A program made the position numbers and the translations under genes. A stretch of 62,889 nt of DNA, filler included, from Octopus bimaculoides (taxonomy: Eukaryota), in NCBI RefSeq assembly GCF_001194135.2. It is 8 parts of 8 records of this genome, joined end to end, with 100 filler letters (N's around TTAATTAATTAA, not from the genome) between each part and the next. Parts side by side here need not be neighbours in the genome. Positions count along the whole stretch, not along the records: positions 1 to 13,575 come from NC_068988.1; 7 more parts are not named here. One strand, given 5' to 3'. The notes under the pieces are model-generated. The model did no database searches and had not been told where the DNA came from. It saw only the letters and a list, made by a program, of their open reading frames with translations. Positions 1 to 12,299 of the stretch are shown one piece after another. Within the stretch, counting starts at the first letter, position 1, and every line of letters starts with the position of its first letter.

Positions 1-679
1 TATATAATATACATACATATATGTGCGCATGTGTGTGTATGAGTATGTTAAATACTCATATACACATAATTGTAAATATAATTTATCTGGCCATAGCATA
101 GTAGAACTAACGATATATGTTGCAAAGGAAATAGAAGGTGCATGCTCCTCAGGAAGCACTCAACCTGTATCCAGCCTGAAATTCAGCGAAGTTGACTGGA
201 ATTCGGTTAAAAAAAAGGTCTCAGAAAAACAAAATTGACTCGAAGCTCTCTCCCACTGAGAGAAAAGGAAATATATATTCCTCATGAGTTCTTAAACACC
301 ACTATTCTACAAAGTGAGGAAGTAACCATAAATTTTACCGACAGATAATGTAATATCAGACTTTTAATTCTCACTTTACCTTAGCTTTATTACTGTTATT
401 GAAAGTGTAAAAATAATTATATAATCTCTGCTTGAATTTGCAAGAAATGGAACTGATGTGGGTAAAAGAGTTTAGGTTAGTTATTAAGTTACATTTATAG
501 ATAATATATTTAGTGAGGCATAAATTATTTAGAGACATAGAATTTTGTGTTTAAACTGACATAATATAGGCAATTTATGGCCAATAGTGCTTCTCTTGTT
601 ATTCAAGGACAGCTGAGAGTGATAACTATTGTTAGATCTGATAGAATCTAGCAATATTATCCCTTGTAACATTAAGGTA

Positions 680-1010
680 TACATTGAGAGCACTAGAAAG
701 AAAGTATGACAATTCTTTAAAAAATATAATCTGGGCATTACGTTAGAATAGAATCTTAAGTTTGCGAACATGTTACAAGTAACTTTGGAACTCATATCAA
801 AACTATTTTACCACTATCCTAAACAAGCTGAGCCCACAACTTATGTAAGCTGTTTTGCAAATCACCCCGCGAATGTAATTAACTCATTAGTAAATGGCGT
901 CTCCAATAGAATATCACACCTCTCTGCTAATGAGAATATCTTTGGCGTTTATGCTCACCACTCTAACGAAGTCTTAATAAAAGCGGAATATAAGCAAACC
1001 ATTAGTTATT
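680..1010 (+). mobile_element. Penelope-like element (Naiad-type) RT thumb fragment, degraded
   Basis: Translates as STRKKV*QFFKKYNLGITLE*NLKFANMLQVTLEL...YVSCFANHPANVINSLVNGVSNRISHLSANENIF, matching the PLE pattern KKICKIFK..LKITIEANLK.VNFLDVTLDL...SNHPP.II..I...I..RLS.LSSNE.IF. Confidence 0.7.
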
Positions 1011-1409
1011 TCTCAGCGATTAGTGAAATGAGAAATTATATAATAGATTATATAAGAGATTATATAACAGAGGGTAATATTTCTGTGTGATTATTCTCTT
1101 ATATAATTACACACAGAAATACAATTACGTGCGATTGTAAAACTAATTGTAGAAGTCTAAGAAGGGCCAAGCTTCTGAATAGAAAAAAATAAGAACGAAA
1201 ATATTAAATATCATAATTATTATAAAGCAGCTTCCCATAATATCAACTCGAACAAAATAGTTTGTACTGATGAAAGCAACATTAATAATAATAATCATAG
1301 TAATAATAATAATACGTACATAAGGAACTTATACATAAAAGGGAAAACAAAGGTTAGTAATTGTATGAATATTAATTCTGACACTAATAGTTCTATGATT
1401 GATATTCAT

Positions 1410-2654
1410 AACAATGAGATACCTGCACTGAATATCCGTAATAATAACGATTGTAGTGATAAATTGCCAATACTAATGCTCCTTGTACGAACGGTAGTAG
1501 TAGCAATGATGGTCAAAACAAAACTAAAAGCACTATAAGTAAGTATAGAGAAAGGGGAGCTTAAAAGCGAACAAAAATACAGGGCACTGAACAGGTAGTA
1601 TGATATTGAGAGAAAGGGCCTGAAAGTAGTAATGGAGGATCTGTAACAGCGTCTCGTTGCAAAGAAAGCAAAGATGGTAAGATACAACCAAAGAATGAAG
1701 GGATACCAGCAGACTACGTTATTTCATAGGGAAGTTGAAGATAAGGCAGACAGAGAAAAAAATGGCTATGGATGACTAAAAGTGATTTAAAACCGGAAAC
1801 GGAGGCCCTAATCTGTACTGCTTAAGAGCAAGCAGTAAGAACCAATTAATCAAGCTAAATAAATCATATTTTCTCTCACTACCCAGTCCTGGCTAAGAAG
1901 GAATATACTCACAGACATGATGGAGTTGGGACCTATATCACACATCAGAAAGTGATAAATGCGGAACTTGTGGACAAAATGGTGAAACCATATGGCGTAT
2001 TACCAGCCATTGTACGCCGCTAGCCGAGAAAGAATATAAGAGACCTAATGACAATATAGCAAGGATTGTCCATTGGAAACTTTGCAACAAGTATAGACGT
2101 GACAGAGCAAAAAAGTGGTACGAACACAAGTTCGTACCACTTTTTTGCTCTGTCACGTCTATACCCGAAGGCATCATCGAAAATGGTAATGCAAAGATCC
2201 TATGAGATTTTATGATTCAATACGACCATGAGATAGAGAATAGGAAATCAGACATGGTGTTAATTGATAAAGAAAGCAAACGATGCTGGGTGATTGATAC
2301 AGCACGCCCGGCTGACAACAAGATATACAATAAGGAAGGAAGAAAAGTCGATAGATATGATAGTTTAGCTTAGGGGGATAAGCAGTTGTGGTCGCTGAAA
2401 ATGGTGGTAGTAGTACCAATAATTGTCGGAGCCCTGAGAACAGTAAGTAAAAATCTTGAGAAGTACATGGAACAAATAGGGGCTGCAATAAGGGTGGAGT
2501 ACTTGTAGGAACAGTATTGCTTGGAACGGCTCGAACACTCCGGATGGTGCTCGAACAATAAGGGGTGTTACCTTAGTTCACTGGTAGTGAGCAGCTGGCA
2601 TCGTAGTACATCTCCAGCGCTGGAAACTGTGCAAAGACGATGATGATGAGGATG

Positions 2655-2720
<66 letters not shown>
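1410..2720 (+). mobile_element. R4/Dong-like RLE-clade non-LTR retrotransposon (copy A), RT internally deleted, with Zn-knuckle/RLE domain and (AAT)n tail
   Basis: KKAKMVRYNQRMKGYQQTTLF; EKKWLWMTKSDLKPETEALIC; CGTCGQNGETIW..TSHC..LAEKEY; IVHWKLC; DFMIQYDHEIENRKSDMVLIDKESKRCWVIDTA.P.D; VVVVPIIVGALRTV. Ends in an (AAT)n array at about 2660-2720. Confidence 0.8.
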
Positions 2721-2722
<2 letters not shown>

Positions 2723-2730
2723 CAAATAAA

Positions 2731-3374
2731 TAAATAAATCATATTTTCTCTCGCTACCCAGTCCTAGCTAAGAAAGAATATACTCACAGATATGATGGAG
2801 TTGGGACCTATATTACTGGAAGCTATGTCAACTCTAAGGAATAACAACAGAAAAAAGATAAGGCACAAACCAGAAAATGTCACAGAAAATGAGAAAGCAA
2901 CCATACTCTGGAATGTGCCAATACACACTGATAGAGAAATTGAGGCCAATAGACCAGATAGAGTTGTCAGAAATCACCAAGAAAAAATGCTTTATAATCG
3001 ATGTATCAATACCAACAGATGACAATGTTACTCTAAAAGAAACGGAGAAAGTTTCAAAATACAATGACCTGGAAATAGAGGTAACTCGAATGTGGAGTCT
3101 AAAAACAGAAACAATTCCTGTCATAGTAGGTGCATTAGGTATGATAAAAAAATATTCAGACGTATATATCACAAATATATCAGTACTAACAATTATATAT
3201 AACATATAGAAAATAGCTCTACTAGGCACCGCACACATCCTCCGTAAAATACTTTCAATAGAGTAAAAAATAAGGGCATCACAACAAACCACAGCACATA
3301 TCGAAGGCACACAGAGCTGTGCTCGGTAGTGCAGTGAAAGCACGTTATAATAATCAGACTACTGAATAATAATA

Positions 3375-3435
<61 letters not shown>
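2731..3435 (+). mobile_element. Second R4/Dong-like RLE non-LTR retrotransposon 3' fragment (copy B, different subfamily) with (AAT)n tail
   Basis: LAKKEYTHRYDGVGTY, WKLC, KPENVTENEKATILWNVPIHTDREIEANRPD, KKCFIIDVSIPTDDNVTLKETEKVSKYNDLEIEVTRMWSLKTETIPVIVGALG (PD..D..K RLE motif); (AAT)n at about 3364-3435. Confidence 0.85.
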
Positions 3436-3438
<3 letters not shown>

Positions 3439-3439
3439 C

Positions 3440-4020
3440 AATAATGCCCGGGTGCAATACCACGCAGTGGCTCTCATGGCCTCTGATCTTAATTGATTGG
3501 AAGTGTTATCATGTACATTGTTTTGTCTTGGTATAAAAAGATGGGCTACAGCAAATATTCTACTCAATACCACAGNNNNNNNNNNNNNNNNNNNNNNNNN
3601 NNNNNNNNNNNNNNNNNNNNNNNNNNNNNNNNNNNNNNNNNNNNNNNNNNNNNNNNNNNNNNNNNNNNNNNNNNNNNNNNNNNNNNNNNNNNNNNNNNNN
3701 NNNNNNNNNNNNNNNNNNNNNNNNNNNNNNNNNNNNNNNNNNNNNNNNNNNNNNNNNNNNNNNNNNNNNNNNNNNNNNNNNNNNNNNNNNNNNNNNCTTT
3801 TGAGCGGAATGGGCTACTCGACCTGAAGAAAATTCTAACTGGGCCCCACCTGCGAGGTCATGCGCTGATTATCTTGATATGAGATCACCATGTCGCACAC
3901 ATATGGTTGTGATGCCTGTGCCTGGTATTCCCTTATCAGACGAGTAGTCATGGTGGGTATAATGGGCTTCGTATATTTTACCCCAGTGTCACTTTGATGG
4001 CATGCACTGCTCTCTCACAC
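3440..4020 (+). mobile_element. Interspersed non-coding repeat family (SINE-like), interrupted by an N gap and flanked by (AAT)n on both sides
   Basis: 3820-4015 is the reverse complement of 42135-42340 at high similarity. Part of 3500-3575 resembles the reverse complement of about 47740-47790. Confidence 0.6.
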
Positions 4021-4109
4021 AATAATAATAATAATAATAATAGGCTATGTGAAATAATAATAATATTAATAAGCGACTATGTGAGAAAAGTACAGCCTGG
4101 ACAAAGCGT

Positions 4110-4265
4110 AGAAATGGCACGAATATGGCCCACTGAGAACAATGGACATAAGATACTGTGAGATTTTACAATCCAATGTGACTACCTAACCAATTCTCGG
4201 AAACTAGATATTGTTGTTGTAGATAAGGGGAAAAAGAAATCAAGATTATAGGTATTGTAATACCT
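4110..4265 (+). mobile_element. Small RLE LINE fragment
   Basis: KIL.DFTIQCDYLTNSRKLDIVVVDKGKKKSRI-like translation; same domain as in 2200-2330. Confidence 0.5.
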
Positions 4266-4660
4266 GGGGTTCAGTCTCTCTGCATGACACCTTGGACAAG
4301 TGTCTTCTAATGTAGTTTCGGGACGAGCAAAGCTTTGTGAGTTGATTTGGTAGACGGAAACTGTAAGAATCCTGTCGTATATATGTATGTGTATCTGTGC
4401 ATGTGTGTGTTTGTGTGTGTACGTGTGTGTGTATGTCTGTGTTTGTCCTCTCTTCCCCTAGCTTGACAACCAATGCTGTTGTGTTTACGTCCCCACAAAT
4501 AAGCGGTTCATTAAAAGAGACCAATGATATAAGTAACAGGCTTTAAAAAATAAGTACTAGGGTCGATACATTCGACTAAAAATTCTTCAAGGCGGTTCCT
4601 CAGCATGGTGACAGTCTAATGACTGAAACAAATCAAAGATTAAAGATAAAAGATATATAA
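4266..4660 (+). mobile_element. SINE (family with ccttgggcaagtgtctt...gtagacggaaactg...ggggtcga...ccagcatggc body)
   Basis: The same sequence recurs at 5180-5560, 34880-35260 and 62620-62800 (+), and at 25680-25815, 34490-34670 and 51915-52050 (-). Confidence 0.75.

Positions 4661-4668
<8 letters not shown>

Positions 4669-4735
<67 letters not shown>
4669..4735. repeat. (CA)n microsatellite
   Basis: Direct inspection. Confidence 0.95.
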
Positions 4736-4738
<3 letters not shown>

Positions 4739-5179
4739 TCGAAGTTTCTCAATAAAAATCAAGTTTCAGAATACTGACTGCTATTTGAAAGTCAAACCAA
4801 ATAGCAATCAGTAATGTACTTAAATAAAAATACCCATATTTAAAATTTCTTGCCACACACAATGGACGAAAACATTGCCTAGAATCTGAAACTCGATTTA
4901 TACAGAGAAAATTTCGTATTGGCCTCATATTTAATTTTCTCTGATTAAATAATCAGCGGCCGTATACTATATCTGAAGATCCCAAACTTACAGTCGACCA
5001 TACGTTTAGCTCGCTTTGGATACATCCGTGGTCAGAACTTGAATAAAGTTGCATAGACGTCTAACCAGTTGAAAATACCTGGATACAAATGTAATTGCTA
5101 TTTTTCAATGCAGCAGAAACGCACGTCGGGCAAAGTTGAACAAAATACGGTGTAAATCTGACTGCATAAATAACAAACA

Positions 5180-5560
5180 TGCAGAGCGTGGCTGTGTGGA
5201 AAGAAGCTTGCTTCCCAACCACATGGTTTCGGGTTCAGTCTCACTGTGTGGCACCTTGGGCCTACCAAAGCCTTGTGAGTAGATTTAGTAGACGGAAACT
5301 GACAAAAAAAAACCGTCGTATATATGTATATGTTTGTGTGCCTGTGTTTGTCCCACCACCATCGCTTTACAACTGATGTCGGTGTGTTTATGTCTCCGTC
5401 ACTTAGTGGTTCGGTGGAAGACACCGATAGAAAAAGTACTAGGCTTATAAAGAATAAGTCCTGGGGTCGATTTCTTCGACTAAATGACGCTTTAAAGCCG
5501 TACTCCAGCATGGCCAGAGTCAACTGACTTAAACAAGTAAAAGAATAAAAGAAACAGGCA
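5180..5560 (+). mobile_element. SINE, same family as 4266-4660
   Basis: tRNA-like head (gcgtggctgtgtgg...ggtttcgggttcagtc) and the shared body and tail. Confidence 0.75.
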
Positions 5561-5961
5561 CTTGTCTCCGTATTCATTGCAATTGTCTTGGATATACAGT
5601 GTGTCGTTTTACTAAAGTAAAGCCACACACTGATTGGTCAGAATACAGTTTGTAAACCTGAACATTCTGGAGCCTATACAAAGAATTTAAGGCACACATT
5701 TTAGCCATCTCACTACAGTTGTAACTTGTAAAACATAACTGTCACCGCTGAAGATTGCATAGTTTAATGCATGAAAGTACTAGTTCAATCATAATGGACA
5801 TTTAATATTATATAATTTCGTTATATTATATTATATTATACATTATATTATACGATTGTAAATAAAACGTGAAAATCAAAGTTGGAATTTCTTTCAGTAA
5901 TATATATATATATAAAAGACGACGTGTGTATAATTGTGATTAAATTATATATATATGTATT

Positions 5962-6077
<116 letters not shown>

Positions 6078-6189
6078 TATATATATAGTATCGTGTTTAG
6101 TGGAATAATTTGAAGTACGTCGCGTGAAGACAGCTATGCCTATCTCCGCTTCGTGAAATCTGTATATCCAACGTATAGAAGAATATAAA

Positions 6190-9110
6190 AGTAGCGACGA
6201 GGATATCCACTTATAAAAGAGATGACGAGCTTATTCGAAGCTTACGTCGAATGTTAACATTTTCTGTTGATACAAGATCAAATACAAATTAGTTAAGATG
6301 GAAAACTTGTTAGCCCCAGTGGTGCAGTTGCAACAGCAGCAGCAGCAATAGCAACAGCAGCAACAGTTACATCAGCAATTACAGCAACAACAACAACAAC
6401 AATACAAACAGTTGCTAGAATTAATACTGAAGTCCAAAAATACTTCAGGTTCGTTCTCATCAAACGGCATAGCAAACGCAATTGCAGATTTTACTTATAA
6501 CCCAGAAGATGGTATTGCTTTTTTTGCATATTTCAGAAGATATGAAGAAATCTTCAAAGAGGTTTGCAAAAATGAAAATGTACGACTACTTTTAAGAAAA
6601 TTATTCCCAGCTGAACACGAAAATTATTGTAACTGCATTCTACAAAAAAAAAAAAAAAAAAAAAATTGTTTCAATGAAACAATTAAATTGTTATCGAAAA
6701 TTTTCCCCGAAAGAAGTGTCTTGTCCAATACTCGCTTGGAATGTTTGAATTTAGGAAAAAAAGATGATGAAGATTTCGTCACTTATGTCAGAATCGTTAA
6801 TCGAGAATACGAAAAATTCAAACTAAATGAATTAACCCCTGACATGCTCAAATGTCTAATTTTTGTTCAAAGATTAACTGCAAGCAAAGATGCATAGATA
6901 CGTGCTCGGATATTGGCAAAATTAAAATAAGACTAGAATTTGACTCTGCAGGTAATAGCAGAGGAATGTCAAAGAATTATTAATCTTCGACATGACGCAA
7001 ATAAAATCGAAGAAAAGGATTACTATAGAATGCATGCGTCCCGACCTGTAACGCACAAGGGAAAAAAACAGAGATCGAAACCCAATCCATTTTAGAAATA
7101 ACTATACATTTAAAAATTTAAACCGTTTTAACTGTCAAAAAATCGGACATAAAAGCTCACATTTGGAAAGGTTTTCTCAACAGAAAGTCTAGGCGAGGCT
7201 CACAAAAAAAGTTTGTGTACATAAAAATTGATAATGTGAACGTGAAGTTACAGCTAGATATAGGCAGTGATATGACAATTAACACTGATAAATGGAGAAA
7301 AGTAGGAAAGCTTACTTTGATGGAAACTTTAAAAATTGCGAAAGGTATCTCATTTTTGGGGTGAAATGATAACTGAGGTTACATTTCGGTGTAAAATATT
7401 TAAAGAAAAAATTTTTGTGTTAAATAATGCAGCAAACTTGTTTGCTACTGACTGGATGGAATTGTTTAATTTATGGGACCTCTCCATAAATGTGTTCTGT
7501 AAAAATATAAATGCTTTTTCCTCCAGTTATAACAAGTTGTCAGACGAATTGAAAGAAAAATAAAAACTATTTTTCCGGAATTTCTGTCTGATAAATTAGG
7601 TCTGTACACCAAGACAAAGGCGTGTTTTCAAATAAAAGAAAACGTCATACCAGTGTTTAAACCAAAACGAATGGTATCCTTTCCAGCCATGAAGCAAGTC
7701 AATGAAGAACTAGAGAGACTAGAAAAAACTGGAGTTATTCATAAAATGAAATATTCTAACACCATCTTTGTATATTATGAAAAAGAATAATAAAATCAGA
7801 GTGTGCGCTGATTTTTCCACTGGGTTAAATGAATATCTTAAAGCGTATCACTATCCACTACCTACTCCTGAGGATATTTTTGCAAAATTAAGCGGTGGAA
7901 AGATGTTTTCTAAATTGGATCTCTCTGACGCGTATCTACAAATTAGAGTAGACGATGAATGCTCGAAATAACTAATTTTTAGCACACATAAAAGACTGGA
8001 TAAGTACAACGGGTTACCATTTAGTTTAAATGTAGCACTAGCAATTTTTCAAGATTATGGATGCAATGTTAGAGGACTGTGAATTCGCAATTCCATATCC
8101 GGGTGATATACTCATTTTAAGCTAATCCAGAGATCAACACGTCGAGCACGTAAAATATGTATTTGAAAACATTAAGGATTACTGCTTTATTTTGAGTGAA
8201 GAAAAGAGTGAATTTCTTTTTTTTACTGGAAATAAGATATTTAGAGCGAATTATTGAAAGAAATGGACAAAGACATGACCCGTCGAGGGCAGATGCAATA
8301 AAAAATATATCTCTTTCGACTAATATATCGACCTTGCAACCATTTTTAGGATTGGCAAATTATTATAAAATTATATCCCAAACATGTTTAAGGTTAGGGC
8401 TCCACTGAATAATTTGATGAAAAAAGAAATGAAATGCAATTGATCAGAAACTTGCCAAAATCCATTTGACAAAATAAAAAAAATATTGATATGTAATTTG
8501 TCGTTAGCTCACTTCGATCCTTCAATGGAGGTTGTTGCAGCTTCAGACGCTTCTGAGTATGGCACAGGAGCAGTAATGCTACTTAAATATAAAGCTTGTA
8601 ACATGAAGGTGGTGGTTCATGCCTCACGTTCTCTGATCTCAGCAGAGGAAATTTATAGACAAATCAGGAAAGAAGCTCTAGCAATCATTTTTGCCGTTAA
8701 ACATTTTCACAGATTTTTGCACGGTAAACGTTTATGTTTATAAACTGATCACCGACCGTTACTATCTATATTTGGGTAAAACCAAAAATGGAATTCGTAC
8801 CTATACTGCTAATAGGTTACAACGTTGAACTACGATATTATTAAACTACGATATTATTAAACTACGATTTCAAATTGGAGTATACACCATCCAAGAAATT
8901 AGGCCATTCAGATTGTCTATCAAGACTGATTTCAAGCAACGTGGAACCATTCGAAGATACTGTTATTTCCGCTTTGCAAGCGGAAAATGACATTAAAATG
9001 TCTTGTGTAACGTCATTCATGAACTGCCAGTTACGTCACTAGATATAAAATCAAAATCGGAGAATGATAAATTCATTTACATTATTTACATTTGACGGAT
9101 ATTTGACTTC
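6190..9110 (+). mobile_element. Degraded Ty3/Gypsy LTR retrotransposon: gag-protease-RT-RNase H, truncated before integrase
   Basis: PBS-like gtagcgacgagg at about 6191; gag FTYNPEDGIAFFAYFRRYEEIF..DFVTYVRIVNREYEKFKL; protease LQLDIGSDMTI; RT IRVCADFSTGLN, YPLPTPEDIFAKLSGGKMFSKLDLSDAYLQI; RNase H ASDASEYGTGAV, KEALAIIFAVKHFHRFLHG. Many stops and frameshifts. Confidence 0.9.
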
Positions 9111-9114
9111 AAGT

Positions 9115-9245
9115 GTAATCTTTTCCATCTTCCTGATACTCTCCATACAAGCATATATTTCCTGGTGTTTCGGGCAAGTCCCAGGTAGTGTAGCTGCAGA
9201 GCACGTTCACCACTTATGGCTACCAGGCGTCATCCGCGGTACTGC
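9115..9245 (-). mobile_element. Short LINE (RTE-like) 3' fragment
   Basis: GC-richer segment whose minus strand resembles the end of an RTE ORF; weak, recognised by resemblance only. Confidence 0.35.
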
Positions 9246-9270
9246 TGATTTTTGTATATGCATATGCGTT

Positions 9271-9335
<65 letters not shown>

Positions 9336-11034
9336 GTATATATATGTATGTATGTATATATGTATATAAGTACGTATTTATGTATGTAATGTGTGTATGT
9401 TTGTATTTATTTGTAGTGCAGTGTATGGATTCAGAGAATCATGTGACTATCAGAGAAAGCACTTCTAGTGGCAATCATACCACATAGTAATCTGATATCG
9501 AAGAGTATAAAGGAGGTCTATGCAGCTGAAATCCCGATAAAATTATTTCTCGAGGATTACCTAAACAATAAAAAGTCAGGAGGTATGAGAAGTGATTGCA
9601 TTTATTTAACTTTTTATTATCCTTAGATTTACGGTCATTTCACAACCTGCATCACGCTATAATAAATTCAGTCTGTAATAAATCATTTTACATGTCTGCA
9701 CAACACCCGTACATAGGTATGTATATTTTATATCGATATATATTAGCGTAAGATATAAACGTCGACTTGAAAGAAAATGCAGTCATAGAATGATATATTT
9801 TGGAACAGCCCAGACACTCCTTCAGTATCACTCCCAGAAACATAATGAGTCAGCTATTATCCCCTTAATAACCTATAACCAACAATACTTTGTTCAGAAT
9901 GTACAATAAAATATACAAATAAACAACCTCCAGGTCACCGACAATATTTTTCTAAAACGTTTATACATGTCTACACGAATGTCGTTATACTTTCAGAGAA
10001 AAAAAATCATTGATTAGAATGTGTAAGAAAAAGAAGATAGTGAAACAGGTGATACTTGAGAAATATTTTCAGGAAACAATATAAAAACTACATTAATGTG
10101 CAGATAAAAGAAGATAAAAGCAATTATATTTCAGAAACTATAAATTCTTCAAACAGTTTTGTGTTTAAAGAGGTGACAATAGCTGGCAAGAGTAACAGAT
10201 ATTTAAATATCCCTCTACAGAATATAATTATATTTTACTTAAAAGAAATTCAAAAATAAAATTGCCTGAAGTAATTTTTCTTTTATTAATTTCACTTTCT
10301 GGGAAAATATTTTCTTAAATCTGTTTTTGTTTTTTTATTCGCGTTTATCAACGTTCATAAAACGTGAGAAGGAGTTTTAATATGGCATATGGTCGTTTTA
10401 GTGATGCTGCTGAAGTTGTGGGCATAGAATAAAGGGAAATTAAGATAATAAAGATAAGATTATTTGAATTATTGTGATTTCACAGTAAATGCAGTTTGAT
10501 GATAGTAATATTGTATTCTGCTTGTATTGTACGTATATTTCTTGTACACTTGAGAATGATTTTGAATATATGATTGCATGATTTTCAAAGCAAATATAGA
10601 AATAAACACACATTTATGCACATACTGACATACATACATTATGTAAACATATATATATNNNNNNNNNNNNNNNNNNNNNNNNNNNNNNNNNNNNNNNNNN
10701 NNNNNNNNNNNNNNNNNNNNNNNNNNNNNNNNNNNNNNNNNNNNNNNNNNNNNNNNNNNNNNNNNNNNNNNNNNNNNNNNNNNNNNNNNNNNNNNNNNNN
10801 NNNNNNNNNNNNNNNNNNNNNNNNNNNNNNNNNNNNNNNNNNNNNNNNNNNNNNNNNNNNNNNNNNNNNNNNNNNNNNNNNNNNNNNNNNNNNNNNNNNN
10901 NTGTCTTCGCATCGTCTATCTGTCTGAATGATTTATTGTCGTCTGTTGCGTTCTTGTTCTGTTTCCTAGATTTATATATACATATATCGGCGTAAGTACA
11001 CTTTTGCTCATACTATATGTGTGTGTGTGTGTGT

Positions 11035-11070
<36 letters not shown>

Positions 11071-11219
11071 GTGTGTGTGCGTGCGTGCGTGAGTGTGTGT
11101 GTGTGTATGTAGCAGAAAGGATAGAAACGGAAAAAGGAATATATCGGTATACTACCAGGGACATGACGAAGACGTAACTTTAAAATTTTAACTTTTGCAC
11201 TATATTACGCCCCATATTA

Positions 11220-12090
11220 CAACCAAGCGCTCGCTGCCAGCAGCTTCTCCCAACAAACAAAATTCATTCCTAATACCTCCTTCGTCAGCATAAATATTAC
11301 CCTATCTTTAACAGATCTACCTTAAAATTTTCCTACTCTTCCCCACCCAACTTTGAGTCTATCATAACAGCCTCTAATAAAGGAAACTTTTCTCTATTAT
11401 CAAAACTTACACTATAACAACTCTGAATACACGAGAACTCCAATATCGAACACCATACTTTAGACCACAACAGAAACATACCAATTCCACTAACACTAAC
11501 CAGAATACTACTACCACAGCTTCTACCACTATTACAGATAGGATAAATAACAGGAACGATAGAACTAGTAATGATAATAGTAATAATAATGTTAATAACA
11601 TAGACCAATCTACCCCTGTCTTTAACCTCTCCTCTGACAGTATTACCCCATCTATTCCTGAGAATAATCGCCACAATGCACTACCATGCAACTGCCACCC
11701 TGGGACCATCTGCCCTCTACAAACCCATTGAAGACGGTCTAATGTAATTTATAAACGCACCATCCTCAACACGTTACACAATTTTACAACCATATACATA
11801 GAATCAACTATAAATTTTTGGCAGCAACTTGCTGCGCATCTCAATTCGTTTAGATACGAGAAACACAGTAAATTCACAACACTCGCCTGTCACATACATC
11901 ATATCAAAAATAGAAATATTCCCTATATCTTGTCATAGTCCATAATAGGTTCAAGGCTTCCATACCAAAGTCAACGCTTAGCCTGTAAATTATGCTTAAA
12001 AGAGGCATTCCACATATTAATATACAACTCTTCAATACTACTAAATAAATGTAATGAAGCCCTAGGTAATGCAGCCAACTCTTTTTTCAT
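11220..12090 (+). mobile_element. Penelope-like element (Naiad-type) linker plus GIY-YIG endonuclease domain
   Basis: HKYYPIFNRSTLKFSYSSPPNFESIITASNK linker. Then, without frameshift from 11687: CNCHPGTICPLQTH*RRSNVIYKRTI..YIEST..F.QQLAAHLNSFRYEKH..TTLACHIHHIKNRNIPYILS*SII..PYQSQRLACKLCLKEAFHIL..LLNKCNE. Confidence 0.88.
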
Positions 12091-12264
12091 ACCGTTAAAT
12101 TTTACCACAATTCTAAATACAACCTAAATAACCACATAGCACATTTCCCTAGCACCCCTTAGATAATCCCCAACAACCCTATTTGTCTTTAATTTTTTGA
12201 CTCTCCGATTTTGTTTTAATTGTTTACTACTACATATATGGACATGCATATGCGTATGTATATG

Positions 12265-12299
<35 letters not shown>

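Noticed and set aside
1262-1290. CTGATGA at 1267 as a hammerhead core
   Set aside because: No stem II or downstream GAAA-NUH arrangement.
8826-8868. 16-bp tandem duplication actacgatattattaa inside the Gypsy RNase H
   Set aside because: Ordinary slippage duplication in a dead element.
10073-10172. Possible GPCR N-terminal exon ending NSSNSFVFKE (resembles the pre-TM1 segment of CCAP-R/NPSR)
   Set aside because: No ATG, weak donor (GTGACA), no TM1/TM2 exons follow, and an artificial scaffold join lies between it and the supported exons.
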